This document shows, piece by piece, positions 44,301 to 53,304 of a stretch of DNA of 64,000 nt. The stretch is from a virus (Duplodnaviria > Caudoviricetes), in the IMG/VR virus record IMGVR_UViG_3300024284_000007, positions 1 to 64,000 of that record. One strand, written 5' to 3'. How positions within the stretch are numbered: position 1 is the stretch's first letter; each line of letters starts with the position of its first letter. The position numbers and the translations under genes were made by a program. The notes below the pieces were generated by a model, which was not told the DNA's origin, ran no database searches, and saw only the letters and a list, made by a program, of their open reading frames with translations.

Positions 44301-46722
44301 ATCCCGCCGAGGTAGCGGGAACCTTCCCTGCCGCCTGCATCGCCGACAAGATGGAGGGAACCGCCTGCGCGAATCCCATCTGGTTAATGTCCTGCATCGT
44401 CCGGTCGGCGGCGAGCTGCGCCGGGCTCTTCCAGGTGACGCCCTTGTTGATCAGGAAGGCGCTCGCGGCGAGCGCGCCGATGTCCACCGCGCCCAGGCTG
44501 CCCATCGCCCCGGCGACGCCTCTCCCGGCGATCGTCTCGCCTTCCTTCGCGGCAAGACCTGCTGCCACGTCCTCGGCGGTCGCGGTCCTGGCGACCTGCC
44601 CGAACAGCCCGCCGGGGATCCTCGCCAGTCCGCGTGCGGCTCCTCCGACCAGTGCCGGACCCCACCGCGCCCCGCCTTCGAACGACAGGATGGGGCCAAG
44701 CGCGGGACCGAGCCAGCCGGTGAGCTTCGCCAGCCCGCCGGTAGCCCCCTGGAGGGTGGACAGCAGGTCCCCGCCGACGCCGGGAAGGTTCGGGGCGGTG
44801 TGCAGGAAGATGTCGCCGACGTTTGCCAGGACGTCACCGAGCTGCTGGAGGTATCCTGTCCCGCCCGACACGATGTCCCCGAGCTGCTTGCCGAGCCCGT
44901 GCTGGAACTCCTGGGTCATCGTCGCGGCGAACCGGTCGAACATGGCGACGGTGTTCGTGCCGAGCTGGACGAAAGCGTTCCCGGCCCCGGCGCGGAGCAT
45001 GTTGACGCCCGCCCCGGCAAGCTCGAAGGTTCCCCCGGTAGCGAGGTCCTGGGCAGTCTGCAGAGGGCTGTTCTTCAGCCCCCACGCCTGCCCGGTGGTG
45101 ATCCCGAGGGAATCCCCGAGGGATTCCGAGGTAGCGAAAATCGCCTTTGCCCGGGGGATGAGCTGCTCGCCGCCCTGCATGCCGACGAGCGTCCCCATGC
45201 CCGCCGCGACCGTCGCCGGTCCCACGGTCGCCAGCAGTTCGTTGGACAGCATCATCACCCAGTGCGCGACCGGGTACCACTTCTTGATGAACCCGCCGAC
45301 CGCCGCCGACTCGACGGCAGCCCTGCCCAGGTCGAAAGAGCCGCCTCCGGCTGCGTTCCGGACCGCTCCGAGAGCGGAGCCCGCGAGGCTCCCGGCTCCT
45401 GCGGCGGCACCTCCGAGGATCCCGCCGACGCCTCCGGCGTTCCTGACCGCATCCCCGATCCTGCCCGTGACGCCGGAGACTCCCGCGCCTGCGGCGGCGG
45501 TGGCAGCCGCTACCCCCCTGGCGATGCTGCCCGGCAGCGACTTGACCCCGTTGATGAAGTCCCTGCCCATGTCAGGGCGCTCCAGGAGATGCGCCAGGGC
45601 GGCGAACCCGCCCCCGGCGATCATGCCGGGGATCGCCGAGCTGTACCTGCGGCTCTCGTCGATCACCCGCATGACCCTGGCGATGTTCTCGCTGGAACCC
45701 AGGATGTCTTCCTGCTGACCGGGCCTGCGGGGAGGCCACGGGAAACCCGTATAGGTCCCGTACTCCCGGTGGGGGTCCGGTGTCCAGTTCGGGTTCCAGG
45801 CATCTTCCGGCGGCGCGGACCGCCGTCCCCTGCTGACGAGATCTGCCGCCTCCCTCGCGGCGTCTCGCATCTCCTGGATGAGGGACTGCCGGGGCTGCAC
45901 GGTCGCGGCAGTCCGCAGGCGGCTCAGCTCCGCTTCCGCCTGCGCCGCACCGGCATGAGCGCTCGTGGAGCCGGTGCGGAGGATGTCCATGAGCTGGCTG
46001 GAGGTGGCGATCCGCTGAATCCCGGCTTCGGCAGCCTCAGCATCCTGGGTGACGCCCTGCAGTTTCTTCCGGAAGGAGTCGATCCCCCGCTGGGCAATTC
46101 CCGAGGCGAAGGATTTCTCTATGGACTTCCCGGTTGACTCGATCTGCTGCTGCAGCTTCACGTGCTCGGCGGCGACTTCGCCGAGAGCTGTCATCTGGAT
46201 GCTCTTGGACGCCTGCACGACCTTGGCGATAGCCTCGTAGTGGGCTTTCTGCTCGGCGGCTGCTTCCTTCGCTGCCGCTGCCTGGATATTCCTGGAAGCC
46301 TGGGCTACCTTCGCAACCGTCTCGTAGTACTCCTGCTGCGCCTGCTTCTGGATCCCGATCGAGGCAACGGCGATCCTGGAGACATCCTGCTGCGCTTCGG
46401 CGGTGCGCTCGCTGGCGGCAGCGAGGAACTCGTACCCGTTGGCGAGCCCCCTGACCCTTTCGGTATATGCCTGCACGGAAGTGCCGAGGCTGTCGAATTC
46501 CTTCTGGACCCGAAGGAGCCGCTGGTACTGCCCTTCCGTTCCCGCGAGCGCGGCGGTGACCTTGATCTGCATGTCCGCCAGCTCGCCGAAGGACCGGCGC
46601 GCATCTTCATTGGCTCTCGCCATCGCGATGGCGGCGAGAACAGTCTCGTCAGCTCCCCTCTTGTAATCGGAAGCATCGAAAATCGCCTTCTGCTTGACGT
46701 CGGGAAGACCGGTTGCGGGCAT
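41383..46722 (-). CDS. Tape measure protein
   Basis: 1779 aa, Ala/Gly-rich helical, GYGGGD..PAMLEPGEAV motif; position in tail operon. Confidence 0.88.
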   Translation of the reverse strand: MPATGLPDVKQKAIFDASDYKRGADETVLAAIAMARANEDARRSFGELADMQIKVTAALAGTEGQYQRLLRVQKEFDSLGTSVQAYTERVRGLANGYEFLAAASERTAEAQQDVSRIAVASIGIQKQAQQEYYETVAKVAQASRNIQAAAAKEAAAEQKAHYEAIAKVVQASKSIQMTALGEVAAEHVKLQQQIESTGKSIEKSFASGIAQRGIDSFRKKLQGVTQDAEAAEAGIQRIATSSQLMDILRTGSTSAHAGAAQAEAELSRLRTAATVQPRQSLIQEMRDAAREAADLVSRGRRSAPPEDAWNPNWTPDPHREYGTYTGFPWPPRRPGQQEDILGSSENIARVMRVIDESRRYSSAIPGMIAGGGFAALAHLLERPDMGRDFINGVKSLPGSIARGVAAATAAAGAGVSGVTGRIGDAVRNAGGVGGILGGAAAGAGSLAGSALGAVRNAAGGGSFDLGRAAVESAAVGGFIKKWYPVAHWVMMLSNELLATVGPATVAAGMGTLVGMQGGEQLIPRAKAIFATSESLGDSLGITTGQAWGLKNSPLQTAQDLATGGTFELAGAGVNMLRAGAGNAFVQLGTNTVAMFDRFAATMTQEFQHGLGKQLGDIVSGGTGYLQQLGDVLANVGDIFLHTAPNLPGVGGDLLSTLQGATGGLAKLTGWLGPALGPILSFEGGARWGPALVGGAARGLARIPGGLFGQVARTATAEDVAAGLAAKEGETIAGRGVAGAMGSLGAVDIGALAASAFLINKGVTWKSPAQLAADRTMQDINQMGFAQAVPSILSAMQAAGKVPATSAGSMSPVQRSLQGFGAIGAGIGKGRPGEAWQGLTEAFSGGLGTLGSLIGLGGSTPSNFSVAQQELKNLSSTMVSALGAGQQVANVWKGITGSTLDMGKAYDVATMAQLQLGSAFEKNGKLSSQAKTMIANLQAGYQAMNFTGVHGSGMFGAAVGAQTAMAGLQHSEVGAVNQAYDQLLQLVTGGAAGASGFFGTLGGAQVTSSRGGIKLQAPPAFKAFANALTSFTSKQGAGAWNVLTNPQSGLIPQLGSQTDWLRNMQTMGALGPGQTTQMAAFQIQQLLPMMRKSPAGLSMLSTIAQEFGGPAISGTNQQQDFKKVADWTNQFAENAKAYNRNMNQGTVAASKIPRDAQQFTQQIGSGIVGGLAQGLTTHGADLQNRFMDSILHSGGKSVNTGALRDYATFLANSGIPKAAGLDMTKEVAQRSGAGSTASIQAAINSAVSGAYAKVRVQADTSQVQSALGKLQNKVVKAQVQASGSDQVKTLNNAIAALRSKTVQAAAHAQGAGAVAALNAEIAALHNKVVTIEINTINRTINQVIAAGTPAGGIAPATFAGTGAPNMRLRAGAQAGMRIPGYGGGDIFPAMLEPGEAVVPKHLVSAVAPFLGAHNVPGFAAGGFAGLPIYGPMRYWLGSGMAQWNPALLAMLEQQMQGTQGGSGVPHMPVTGPHPLMRSLGIHPGAPVHGVSPQREHLIDTLISQLGRDMKNSKDLKNISVSIIDGIAAGMKNIGPGAQKIAQQLVSRISQEIKYAQGVAQAAAYGQGYDPSGKGTGIFGNMNLTSPSGLTAAQMHPAGPGTKGFNAKDWNAYVAAYAQGDPTQQAQSVQDQMKDYLKTEQSFAKDIAKLRKGHLNKAVLAQLIAAGPQQGDALAQSILGGQGGVKSVNKLWSQIQKASKGLGAQAAMGQYGGTLAPNLKSGTFVNNNVSIHISMSGGGKGDLADLSTKELNALVAKIQAALLKQAKRNRKTGIRQTGKTA

Positions 46723-46745
46723 GTCTCACCTCCTCGCGGGAAAGA

Positions 46746-47246
46746 TCAGGGGTCGTACTTGCGGAACTCGTCCCGTCCCGCATCAGCGAGAGAGCCGTCA
46801 TCGACGGCTTCCTGCGTGGTCGGGCTGAGATAAGGGTGCGCGGGGATCTCCAGGACGTCGTGGAACCAGCCCTTGCGCGGGGAGCCGCTGTCCTTCCAGT
46901 GCAGCTTGTCCCTGTTCAGGGCGCTGACCACGCAGCCGAATTCGGTGACGCGGGAGTAATCGGAGTCGTTGCCGACCCAGGCGAACGCCCGGAGCCCCCC
47001 CCGCGAGGCGGGGATCCAGTACATGGCGTCGGCGAGCTTCCCGGTGGACATCGCGGGCGGCTCTCCCGGGCGGGCGCGGTGCCATGCGCCGGACGGTTTC
47101 TTCGTCCGGCGCAGGGTCACCCGCTGCGCCCGCTGCGCGATGTGCTTCGCCAGGGCGGTGGCAGCTGGCGCAGCTCCCTGGGCGGAGAGCTTGGCGACTT
47201 CCTGCCAGAGCCTGATGTTCTCCTCGAACGAGATCTCGCCGCTCAC
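46746..47246 (-). CDS. HK97 gp10-like tail-completion protein
   Basis: PGEPPA..TGKLADA, Y.RVTEFG, HPYLSP motifs. Confidence 0.6.
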   Translation of the reverse strand: MSGEISFEENIRLWQEVAKLSAQGAAPAATALAKHIAQRAQRVTLRRTKKPSGAWHRARPGEPPAMSTGKLADAMYWIPASRGGLRAFAWVGNDSDYSRVTEFGCVVSALNRDKLHWKDSGSPRKGWFHDVLEIPAHPYLSPTTQEAVDDGSLADAGRDEFRKYDP

Positions 47247-48385
47247 ATCCTGCGCGCCTCCATGCGCTTCAGCAGTTCGCTGACTGCGGGCTTCATGTAT
47301 TTCTCTGAGACGTTCTCCACGGAATACTCCCCGGCGAACTCACGGAGCCTGGCGTGATCGACCTGGTTACGGTCCTGGTATGCTTTCTCGTAGGCGATGG
47401 CGATCTCGGTAACTGACGGTTTCACCCACCATCCTTTGTGGACGCCGTTCCAGAACGGCTCGCCATTGACCTCGGTGCCTAGCGGGTTCAGCTCGCTCAT
47501 CGAGGACGCGGCGGTAGTGATGACCGGGGTCCCGCAAGCCTGCGCCTCCATGATGGGAATCCCGAAACCCTCCCCGAATGCGCAGGCGGAAAGGACATCC
47601 AGCATGCCGTACCATTCCGCGAGTTCCTCCGGGCGGATCAGCCCTGCCGCGTAGCGGTACTGGTCCACCGTCCTCACCAGGTGGGTGATGCCCAGGGACT
47701 CGGCGAGAGCCTCCAGGTCCTGCCCGCCATCGGTGTGCACTCCCGAATGCAGTGCCAGCAGGGCATCCGGGTGGCTCTTCGCGAATCTCGCGAATGCCAG
47801 CATCTGCTCGGGCAGGCCTTTCCTGATCGCGTCGTTGTTGGCACCGTTGATGCCCACCACGAAAGCGTCCGGGTCCACGCCCATCATCTCGCGCAGTTCC
47901 TTCTTGCCTTCCGGGAGGGCAAAGACGTCCAGGTCGATCCCGTGCGGGACGTAGACCGGATCGAAGCCTGCCGCGCGGAACCGGTCGTAGCCGAACCGGG
48001 ACATCGCGATCAGCTGGGCTCCGGAAGCCTCCACGTTCACCCGGTCCGCCGTGGACATCGGGCGGCAGTCCGCCGGGAGCCAGTGCGCTAGCGGCAGTTC
48101 CGAAAGAAGATTCGGGTCGAGGACCCATACGTCACCCAGGGTGATCACCAGGTCAGGACTGGTCATCTTGCAGTGCTGGTGCAGTGACGTCGTGCAGTAA
48201 TTGCTCCCGAAGCCGGGCAGGACGGGCATCCCGTTCCACTGGGTCGGGGATCCGGACAGCCCCCAGTAGGAGCTGATGATCACCTCGTGCCCCATCCTGA
48301 GCAGTTCCTGTGTCCAGACGGCAGTCTGGGTGCCGTAGCCGGACGGTGCCCAGGGGGCACAGGAATGCCAGACGATCTTCGCCAC
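47243..48385 (-). CDS. Glycosyltransferase, GT4 (GT-B)
   Basis: SGYGTQT, EGFGIPIMEAQACGTPVIT. Confidence 0.9.
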   Translation of the reverse strand: MAKIVWHSCAPWAPSGYGTQTAVWTQELLRMGHEVIISSYWGLSGSPTQWNGMPVLPGFGSNYCTTSLHQHCKMTSPDLVITLGDVWVLDPNLLSELPLAHWLPADCRPMSTADRVNVEASGAQLIAMSRFGYDRFRAAGFDPVYVPHGIDLDVFALPEGKKELREMMGVDPDAFVVGINGANNDAIRKGLPEQMLAFARFAKSHPDALLALHSGVHTDGGQDLEALAESLGITHLVRTVDQYRYAAGLIRPEELAEWYGMLDVLSACAFGEGFGIPIMEAQACGTPVITTAASSMSELNPLGTEVNGEPFWNGVHKGWWVKPSVTEIAIAYEKAYQDRNQVDHARLREFAGEYSVENVSEKYMKPAVSELLKRMEARRM

Positions 48386-48397
48386 TCGCGGTTCCTC

Positions 48398-49005
48398 TCA
48401 GTTGTCATGCTGCAGCGGGCGCTGCATTTCCGCCATCGCGCTGAGCGTTCCCAGGGCATCGGTCCTGGCTTGCTTTACCACGGGCAGCCAGAATTCTTCT
48501 TCCAGGGACAGCTCGTCTATCAGCCGGGGATGCCAGTCCATGTCCTGGATGAACTTGTCATAGGTCAGCATCCTCTGCGGGAATCCTTCCGGGAAATCCG
48601 GGGCAAATGCCGGGTCCCGGTTCTGGAAATGATGCAGGAAGACCTTGGCTAGCTGCTCGGCTGCTTTTTTGGGTCCGGGGTCCCGCGTCCGCCGATCTTG
48701 TCCATCAGCGGCTGGACTGCCTCTTCCAGGGCGGCGTAGTCATCAAGGTCCATCACGTCCCCGATGATCACGTCAGCGGCAGCGAAGGAATTCTGCGCCG
48801 GGACGGGGACCGGGTAGCTCCAGGCAGTGATGATCCTGCCGAGCAGGGCATTGCGCATGTCGTTCTGCATCGCCAGGAAGGACGTGGAATTGCTCGTCTC
48901 GCCGATCTGGACTTTCGCCACTTCCTGGACCTCGAAACGGTCCCGGACCTTCAGGTCGGTCCGGTATTCTACCCACGCTCCCGAGGGCAGTTCAATGCGA
49001 GCCAT
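48398..49005 (-). CDS. Tail assembly chaperone (48649..49005) with -1 frameshift extension to 48398
   Basis: Slippery C CCA AAA AAG (A AAA AAG at 48664-48670) just before the stop; the -1 frame is open for about 88 codons. Confidence 0.8.
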
Positions 49006-49035
49006 TCGCGCTCCTTTTTCCTGTGTTCTTGCAGA

Positions 49036-49078
49036 AAAACGCCCTCCCGGGAATCTTCCGATTTCGAGAGGGCGTTTC
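49036..49078 (-). terminator. Terminator after the major tail gene
   Basis: AAACGCCCTC...GAGGGCGTTTTT on the minus strand. Confidence 0.65.
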
Positions 49079-49087
49079 TGCGGGGTT

Positions 49088-50458
49088 TTAGTAAGTCGGC
49101 GTGCCGTTCACCAGCGTGACCGTGCCCGGCCCGAGTCCTCCGGAACCGCCGATGTCCGCGCTGTTCGCGACACCCTCGAACGAGTTCCCGTAGCCGATCA
49201 GGACCTTGTTCCGCATGATCTTGGACTTCACGTTCGCCACCTGGTTCGCGTTGAAGGTGAGCGTGAACGGAGTTCCCGAGTTGGGGATGTTCGCGTTGGT
49301 GATGGAGATGCTCATCGGTGCCTGGGCGTTGAGGAGCATCAGGTCCAGCGGGGTCTCCGAGTTAGTCGGGTCCCACTGGATCGTGCCGTCCATGGTCAAT
49401 GGACCCCTGGCGATGACATAGGGAGTCTGCGTTCCCGCGACCAGCCAGTAAACCTGCGTCTGGCGCTTGAAGGAGACATTGAACTCCCCGATTCCCGCGT
49501 AGCTGCCGGAACTGGAGATGGTATTCCCGGCGACGACAACCGTTGATGCCCAGTTGGGAATGGGGCGGCTGTTGGTGGTCGTGTTGGTGACCGCCTGCGT
49601 CGCCACGGTGGACTGCCAGGAATCGCCGGACATCTTGATTCCCAGGAGCTGCTCGGCGTTCCCGGAGAAGTCAAGGCTCTTCAGTACGGCGCTGGGATAC
49701 TGCCGGGCTCCGAACGTGTTCGTCGGGGCAGTGCCGTATGTCGCCGAGGTGAATACATTGACGATGTTGGTCACGTCGGTGAAAGTGTGCGTCGGCGGCT
49801 GAGCGCCGAATGCGCCGCCGTATCCCAGCTGCGAGTTCAGCGCCGCGAAACGGTGCGTGAACTGCGTTCCGGTCGCCAGGTTAGCGAGCGTGGAACCCGC
49901 GATCGTGGACCCGCTGATTACCGAGGGATGCGGGAAGCGGAGCGGTGTACTGGCGAAGTTGACGACGTTGCTCGCGGCGGTAGAGGAGATCTGGATGACC
50001 TCATTCACGTATGACCCGGGAGTCACGGCAGTGGTCGCCGTGCCGATCTGGAGATATGCGCCTGCTGTATATCCGGCGGGAGGCGCGGCGCTCAGCGTCA
50101 TCGCGATAGCGCCGATTCCCAGGGTTCCCGTAATTGTCGAAGGAGTCCCGATCGCGCTGCAGGTAGTGGACAGGTCTCCGAATACGTTATCGAAGAAGTA
50201 CCCGTGACTGTCGAGGAAGTTAGGTCCCCCGAAGGAAAAGGACGCGGATTCAACGCCGAGGGTCTTGTAGAACAAGTCCGTCATGCTTCCCCTGATTGCC
50301 TTGTCGTCAAGGAATTTCGGGGTGTCCTCGGGCTCGAACTGCGACTGATCGAGGGGATGGGTAATAACAGGGTTGACTACCGTACCGACTGTCAGCTCGC
50401 GGGCAATTCCGAGCCAGGACAGTACGCCCGGGTAGATGTTGGGGCCACCGAGTGCCAC
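49088..50458 (-). CDS. Major tail tube protein
   Basis: Position; LGIARE..GT, HTFT, beta-rich, internal insert. Confidence 0.8.
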   Translation of the reverse strand: MALGGPNIYPGVLSWLGIARELTVGTVVNPVITHPLDQSQFEPEDTPKFLDDKAIRGSMTDLFYKTLGVESASFSFGGPNFLDSHGYFFDNVFGDLSTTCSAIGTPSTITGTLGIGAIAMTLSAAPPAGYTAGAYLQIGTATTAVTPGSYVNEVIQISSTAASNVVNFASTPLRFPHPSVISGSTIAGSTLANLATGTQFTHRFAALNSQLGYGGAFGAQPPTHTFTDVTNIVNVFTSATYGTAPTNTFGARQYPSAVLKSLDFSGNAEQLLGIKMSGDSWQSTVATQAVTNTTTNSRPIPNWASTVVVAGNTISSSGSYAGIGEFNVSFKRQTQVYWLVAGTQTPYVIARGPLTMDGTIQWDPTNSETPLDLMLLNAQAPMSISITNANIPNSGTPFTLTFNANQVANVKSKIMRNKVLIGYGNSFEGVANSADIGGSGGLGPGTVTLVNGTPTY

Positions 50459-50492
50459 ACAGTCCTTTCTTTGCCCTCACGGGCGACAGCCG

Positions 50493-51008
50493 TTATGCGT
50501 TGAAGATTTCCCACATGGAAACGGTCATGAGCGCGTCATAGCGCTTGATGCGCTCATCGGCGGTTGATTCAACCCCGATCCGGTAGCTGATATCCTCACC
50601 GGTATTGTAGATGGTGGAGGTTATCTCGGTACTGGGGTCCGTGATGTACACCGGGTTCGGCATGGAATAGCGCAGCGCGAACATCACCGCGTCCACCATT
50701 CCCGGGAAAACCGGGTCCTGCTGCTTATCTGATCCCGCTGAGAACCAGGTCAGGTAGACATCCATCTTGTGCAGGATGCCCTTGGTCCCCGAGGAAGTCC
50801 CCGGTCCCGTATTGCGGGGAATAGTCCCGCCCAGTTCGGAGGACCGGTTCTCCTCGCCGTCAGAAGGCCAGATGTAGATCGCCGGGACCTTCGCCTGGAT
50901 CCGGGGATCAGGCGGGGTGATGTAGGCTTTCGCGGCAGGCTTCCCGTAAGGCATGGGAAGGTCATCGAGAAGGCTCAGGAGAAAGGACTGGGCATTGACG
51001 ATCGGCAC
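50493..51008 (-). CDS. Tail terminator-like protein
   Basis: GTG start after GAGGGG RBS; PAIYIWP motif; directly before major tail. Confidence 0.6.
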   Translation of the reverse strand: MPIVNAQSFLLSLLDDLPMPYGKPAAKAYITPPDPRIQAKVPAIYIWPSDGEENRSSELGGTIPRNTGPGTSSGTKGILHKMDVYLTWFSAGSDKQQDPVFPGMVDAVMFALRYSMPNPVYITDPSTEITSTIYNTGEDISYRIGVESTADERIKRYDALMTVSMWEIFNA

Positions 51009-51040
51009 AGTTATCCCCTCAGCTTTTATACTAGCATGAA

Positions 51041-51277
51041 TTAAGCTTTCTGCGCCTTTACTGCTTTCACCGGCTTCTGCGGCGTCACTTTCCCGCCGCC
51101 CTGGGGGGCGGTGACATGGTGATTGCCGGGAGCGGCGGTGCGCTTTTTCGCGGCACACTGCCTCGCGTGCGCGGCGGAAGCCTTCTTCGCTTTTGCCGTG
51201 CTGCGCTTCTTCAGCGAGGTAGACCTGCGCTTACCGGCGGCGGACTGCCGCCTGGTCTTGACTGGACCGCAGGACAT
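51041..51277 (-). CDS. Small Lys/Ala-rich basic protein
   Basis: Histone-H1-like composition. Confidence 0.5.
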   Translation of the reverse strand: MSCGPVKTRRQSAAGKRRSTSLKKRSTAKAKKASAAHARQCAAKKRTAAPGNHHVTAPQGGGKVTPQKPVKAVKAQKA

Positions 51278-51285
51278 GAGACCCC

Positions 51286-52276
51286 CTAGATCGTGCGCTT
51301 GTACGGATGGCAGAGCAGTTCCGCCTCCGTGGTGAGCCCTACGACGTCGCCGCCAGTGCTCTGGGAGTGACCGCCGATGTCGTGGATGGTGGTCGTGGTG
51401 GCACCCCTGGTCAGCGCCTCGGCGGTGGCGAAGTGGATGCACGCCTGCTCAATACTGGCGGGCAGGGTGGTGATGATCGTGCCCGCCACGTGCGGGTAGA
51501 CCAGCGGCGCGGACAGGCTCAGGGTCCCCGGTCCCGCCGCCGCCGACGCGGAGTTCGCGTGGACGGTCTCCTGCTGTCCGGAGTCCTTGATCACCCCGGT
51601 AGCCCCCGTGGTGCCCTGGTAGCTGGTGATGCCCCAGCCGGTGACGTCGCTGACGGACAGGGTGGTCGCGCCAGCGAGAGCGCTGGAGGTGATCTCCGCG
51701 TGCGGGAAGCCGTTGATGTAGCTCACCTGGATGACATAGCCGTTGCGCCCGAAGCACCAGTTGATGAATCCCGGTCCGATGATGATCGCCTGCCCGCCGT
51801 AGGCGTCGGTGGCAGGCGCGACCGAGTTGAAGATCCCGAACGGGGGGTACTCCGGCTCCGCCCATCCCGTGGGCAAGGTGGTCCACTGCCGGGGCCACGT
51901 GTTGTTGGGGCACACCTGGACCTGGGTGACTTCCAGGATGGGGAAGCGGGAGAGGATAGCCCTGGCATTGGACCCGGTATTGTTCCAGTAGGGCGTGCGG
52001 GTCGCTCCGCCTGCGCCCGGTCCGACCGTCACCCGGAAATCCGGACCCCGGAGCACCTCGATATCGACGGTGGCTCTCAGGATCTGGTTGCAATAGCTAT
52101 CGACCTTGGCAGTGGCTCTCGCGCACATGTTCCACCACTCGGCTTCGTTCTGCGCGGGAGTGATGTCATCTCCTACGGGAATGCTGGTCCAGTCCTAAAT
52201 CGATACCCGTAGGAGCAGTCAGGAGCGTCACCGGGGAAATGTACGGTGCTGTGATCAGCGGCATCGGGGTAGTCAT
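51286..52276 (-). CDS. Head-tail adaptor, interrupted by a 7-nt coding gap after codon 26 (GAT TTA G GAC)
   Basis: RBS GGAGG and ATGA-coupled start at 52276 give MTTPMPLITAPYISPVTLLTAPTGID; the other frame continues DWTSIP...MCARATAKVDSYCNQ.LRAT.D.E. Confidence 0.75.
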
Positions 52277-52473
52277 CGGGCATCACCTCCCCTCTTTCTC
52301 TCGCATTTGGTGCAGATCCACGCCTCAAGCGCACTGTCCCATACGGAATGCCTCGGGCAGATGTCATCACCGCAAGTGTCCACGGCGCACTGAGCCCACG
52401 GAGCAGCAGTCCTGGCGACACGTCCCCTCTTGGGACCTCCACACCTTCTACAGAGGCCAGGTGCTCTTGACAT
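52273..52473 (-). CDS. Small Cys-rich (Zn-binding) protein
   Basis: CRRC, C....C...IC..H, CTKC. Confidence 0.55.
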   Translation of the reverse strand: MSRAPGLCRRCGGPKRGRVARTAAPWAQCAVDTCGDDICPRHSVWDSALEAWICTKCERKRGGDAR

Positions 52474-52483
52474 GCACCACCTC

Positions 52484-52870
52484 TTAGCTTTTTTCCAGGT
52501 ATGCAGCAAGAGCCCGCAACCTGTCCGGATCGTCGTGAGCCCATCCCAGAAGCCTATTGCAGGTATTGCACAAGATGCCCCTGACGCAGTTCTCACATCC
52601 AAATCTTCCAGGGCAGCAAGAATGATCATGGTCCACGCAGAGCTTTTCAAAAGAACCGCAGACTTGACAGCCTTGCGACGCTGCGTACCCACGCCAGTAG
52701 GCTCTGGTCTTACCGGCGTGGGTTCTCGCATTATCGTGAGGGCGCGTAGCTTCAAGGTAAATCTCATGCGCAGCGCAGCATTCTTCGCATCGGCAGCCAC
52801 GCTTCTTGTATGTAGCGTTCTTGCCGTGACTCCAGACGCCGTTTTTGCAGCCTTCCCGGTGATTGCTCAT
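52484..52870 (-). CDS. Endonuclease VII family (free-standing)
   Basis: CQVCG...LCVDHDH.CC...C..CVRGILC..CNRLLG..DD. Confidence 0.88.
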   Translation of the reverse strand: MSNHREGCKNGVWSHGKNATYKKRGCRCEECCAAHEIYLEATRPHDNARTHAGKTRAYWRGYAASQGCQVCGSFEKLCVDHDHSCCPGRFGCENCVRGILCNTCNRLLGWAHDDPDRLRALAAYLEKS

Positions 52871-52926
52871 CAGGGATACCCTGAATTATCTTGCCTGCAC
52901 AACCCCGGGGCTCGGCTCATAGGCTC

Positions 52927-53304
52927 CTACGTCTTGTACTCGTAATCCGCGAGGGTGTCCTGGGAAACGGGGGTGAATGTCACTCTCGGAGGCCAGCTCC
53001 ACTGACCTTCCTCATCACCCTCATGCCGGGAAGTCGCCCAGAACAGGTCATTGCCGTCGAGGTGGACCTGGAGGTTAACGACGTCATGCGGGTTTCCCGG
53101 GAATATCCTGACGACTATCGCGGGATAAACCTCACCCGGGCGAACGGGATTCCCGAAATGCCCGACGTGACCGGTAGCCCCGGGATTGCCGCCCTCGCCG
53201 TAAGTGCGGGTGAAAGTCATGTAGTCATGACGCCTGCGGTTGATGTCCTGGGCGTCAGCCTCTGCGATCCGGTACTGGACGATGCGTCCTGCCGTGGGAG
53301 TCAT
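52927..53304 (-). CDS. Hypothetical protein
   Basis: PTAGRIVQY...PAIVVR...VNLQVHLDG...WSWPPR. Confidence 0.6.
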   Translation of the reverse strand: MTPTAGRIVQYRIAEADAQDINRRRHDYMTFTRTYGEGGNPGATGHVGHFGNPVRPGEVYPAIVVRIFPGNPHDVVNLQVHLDGNDLFWATSRHEGDEEGQWSWPPRVTFTPVSQDTLADYEYKT

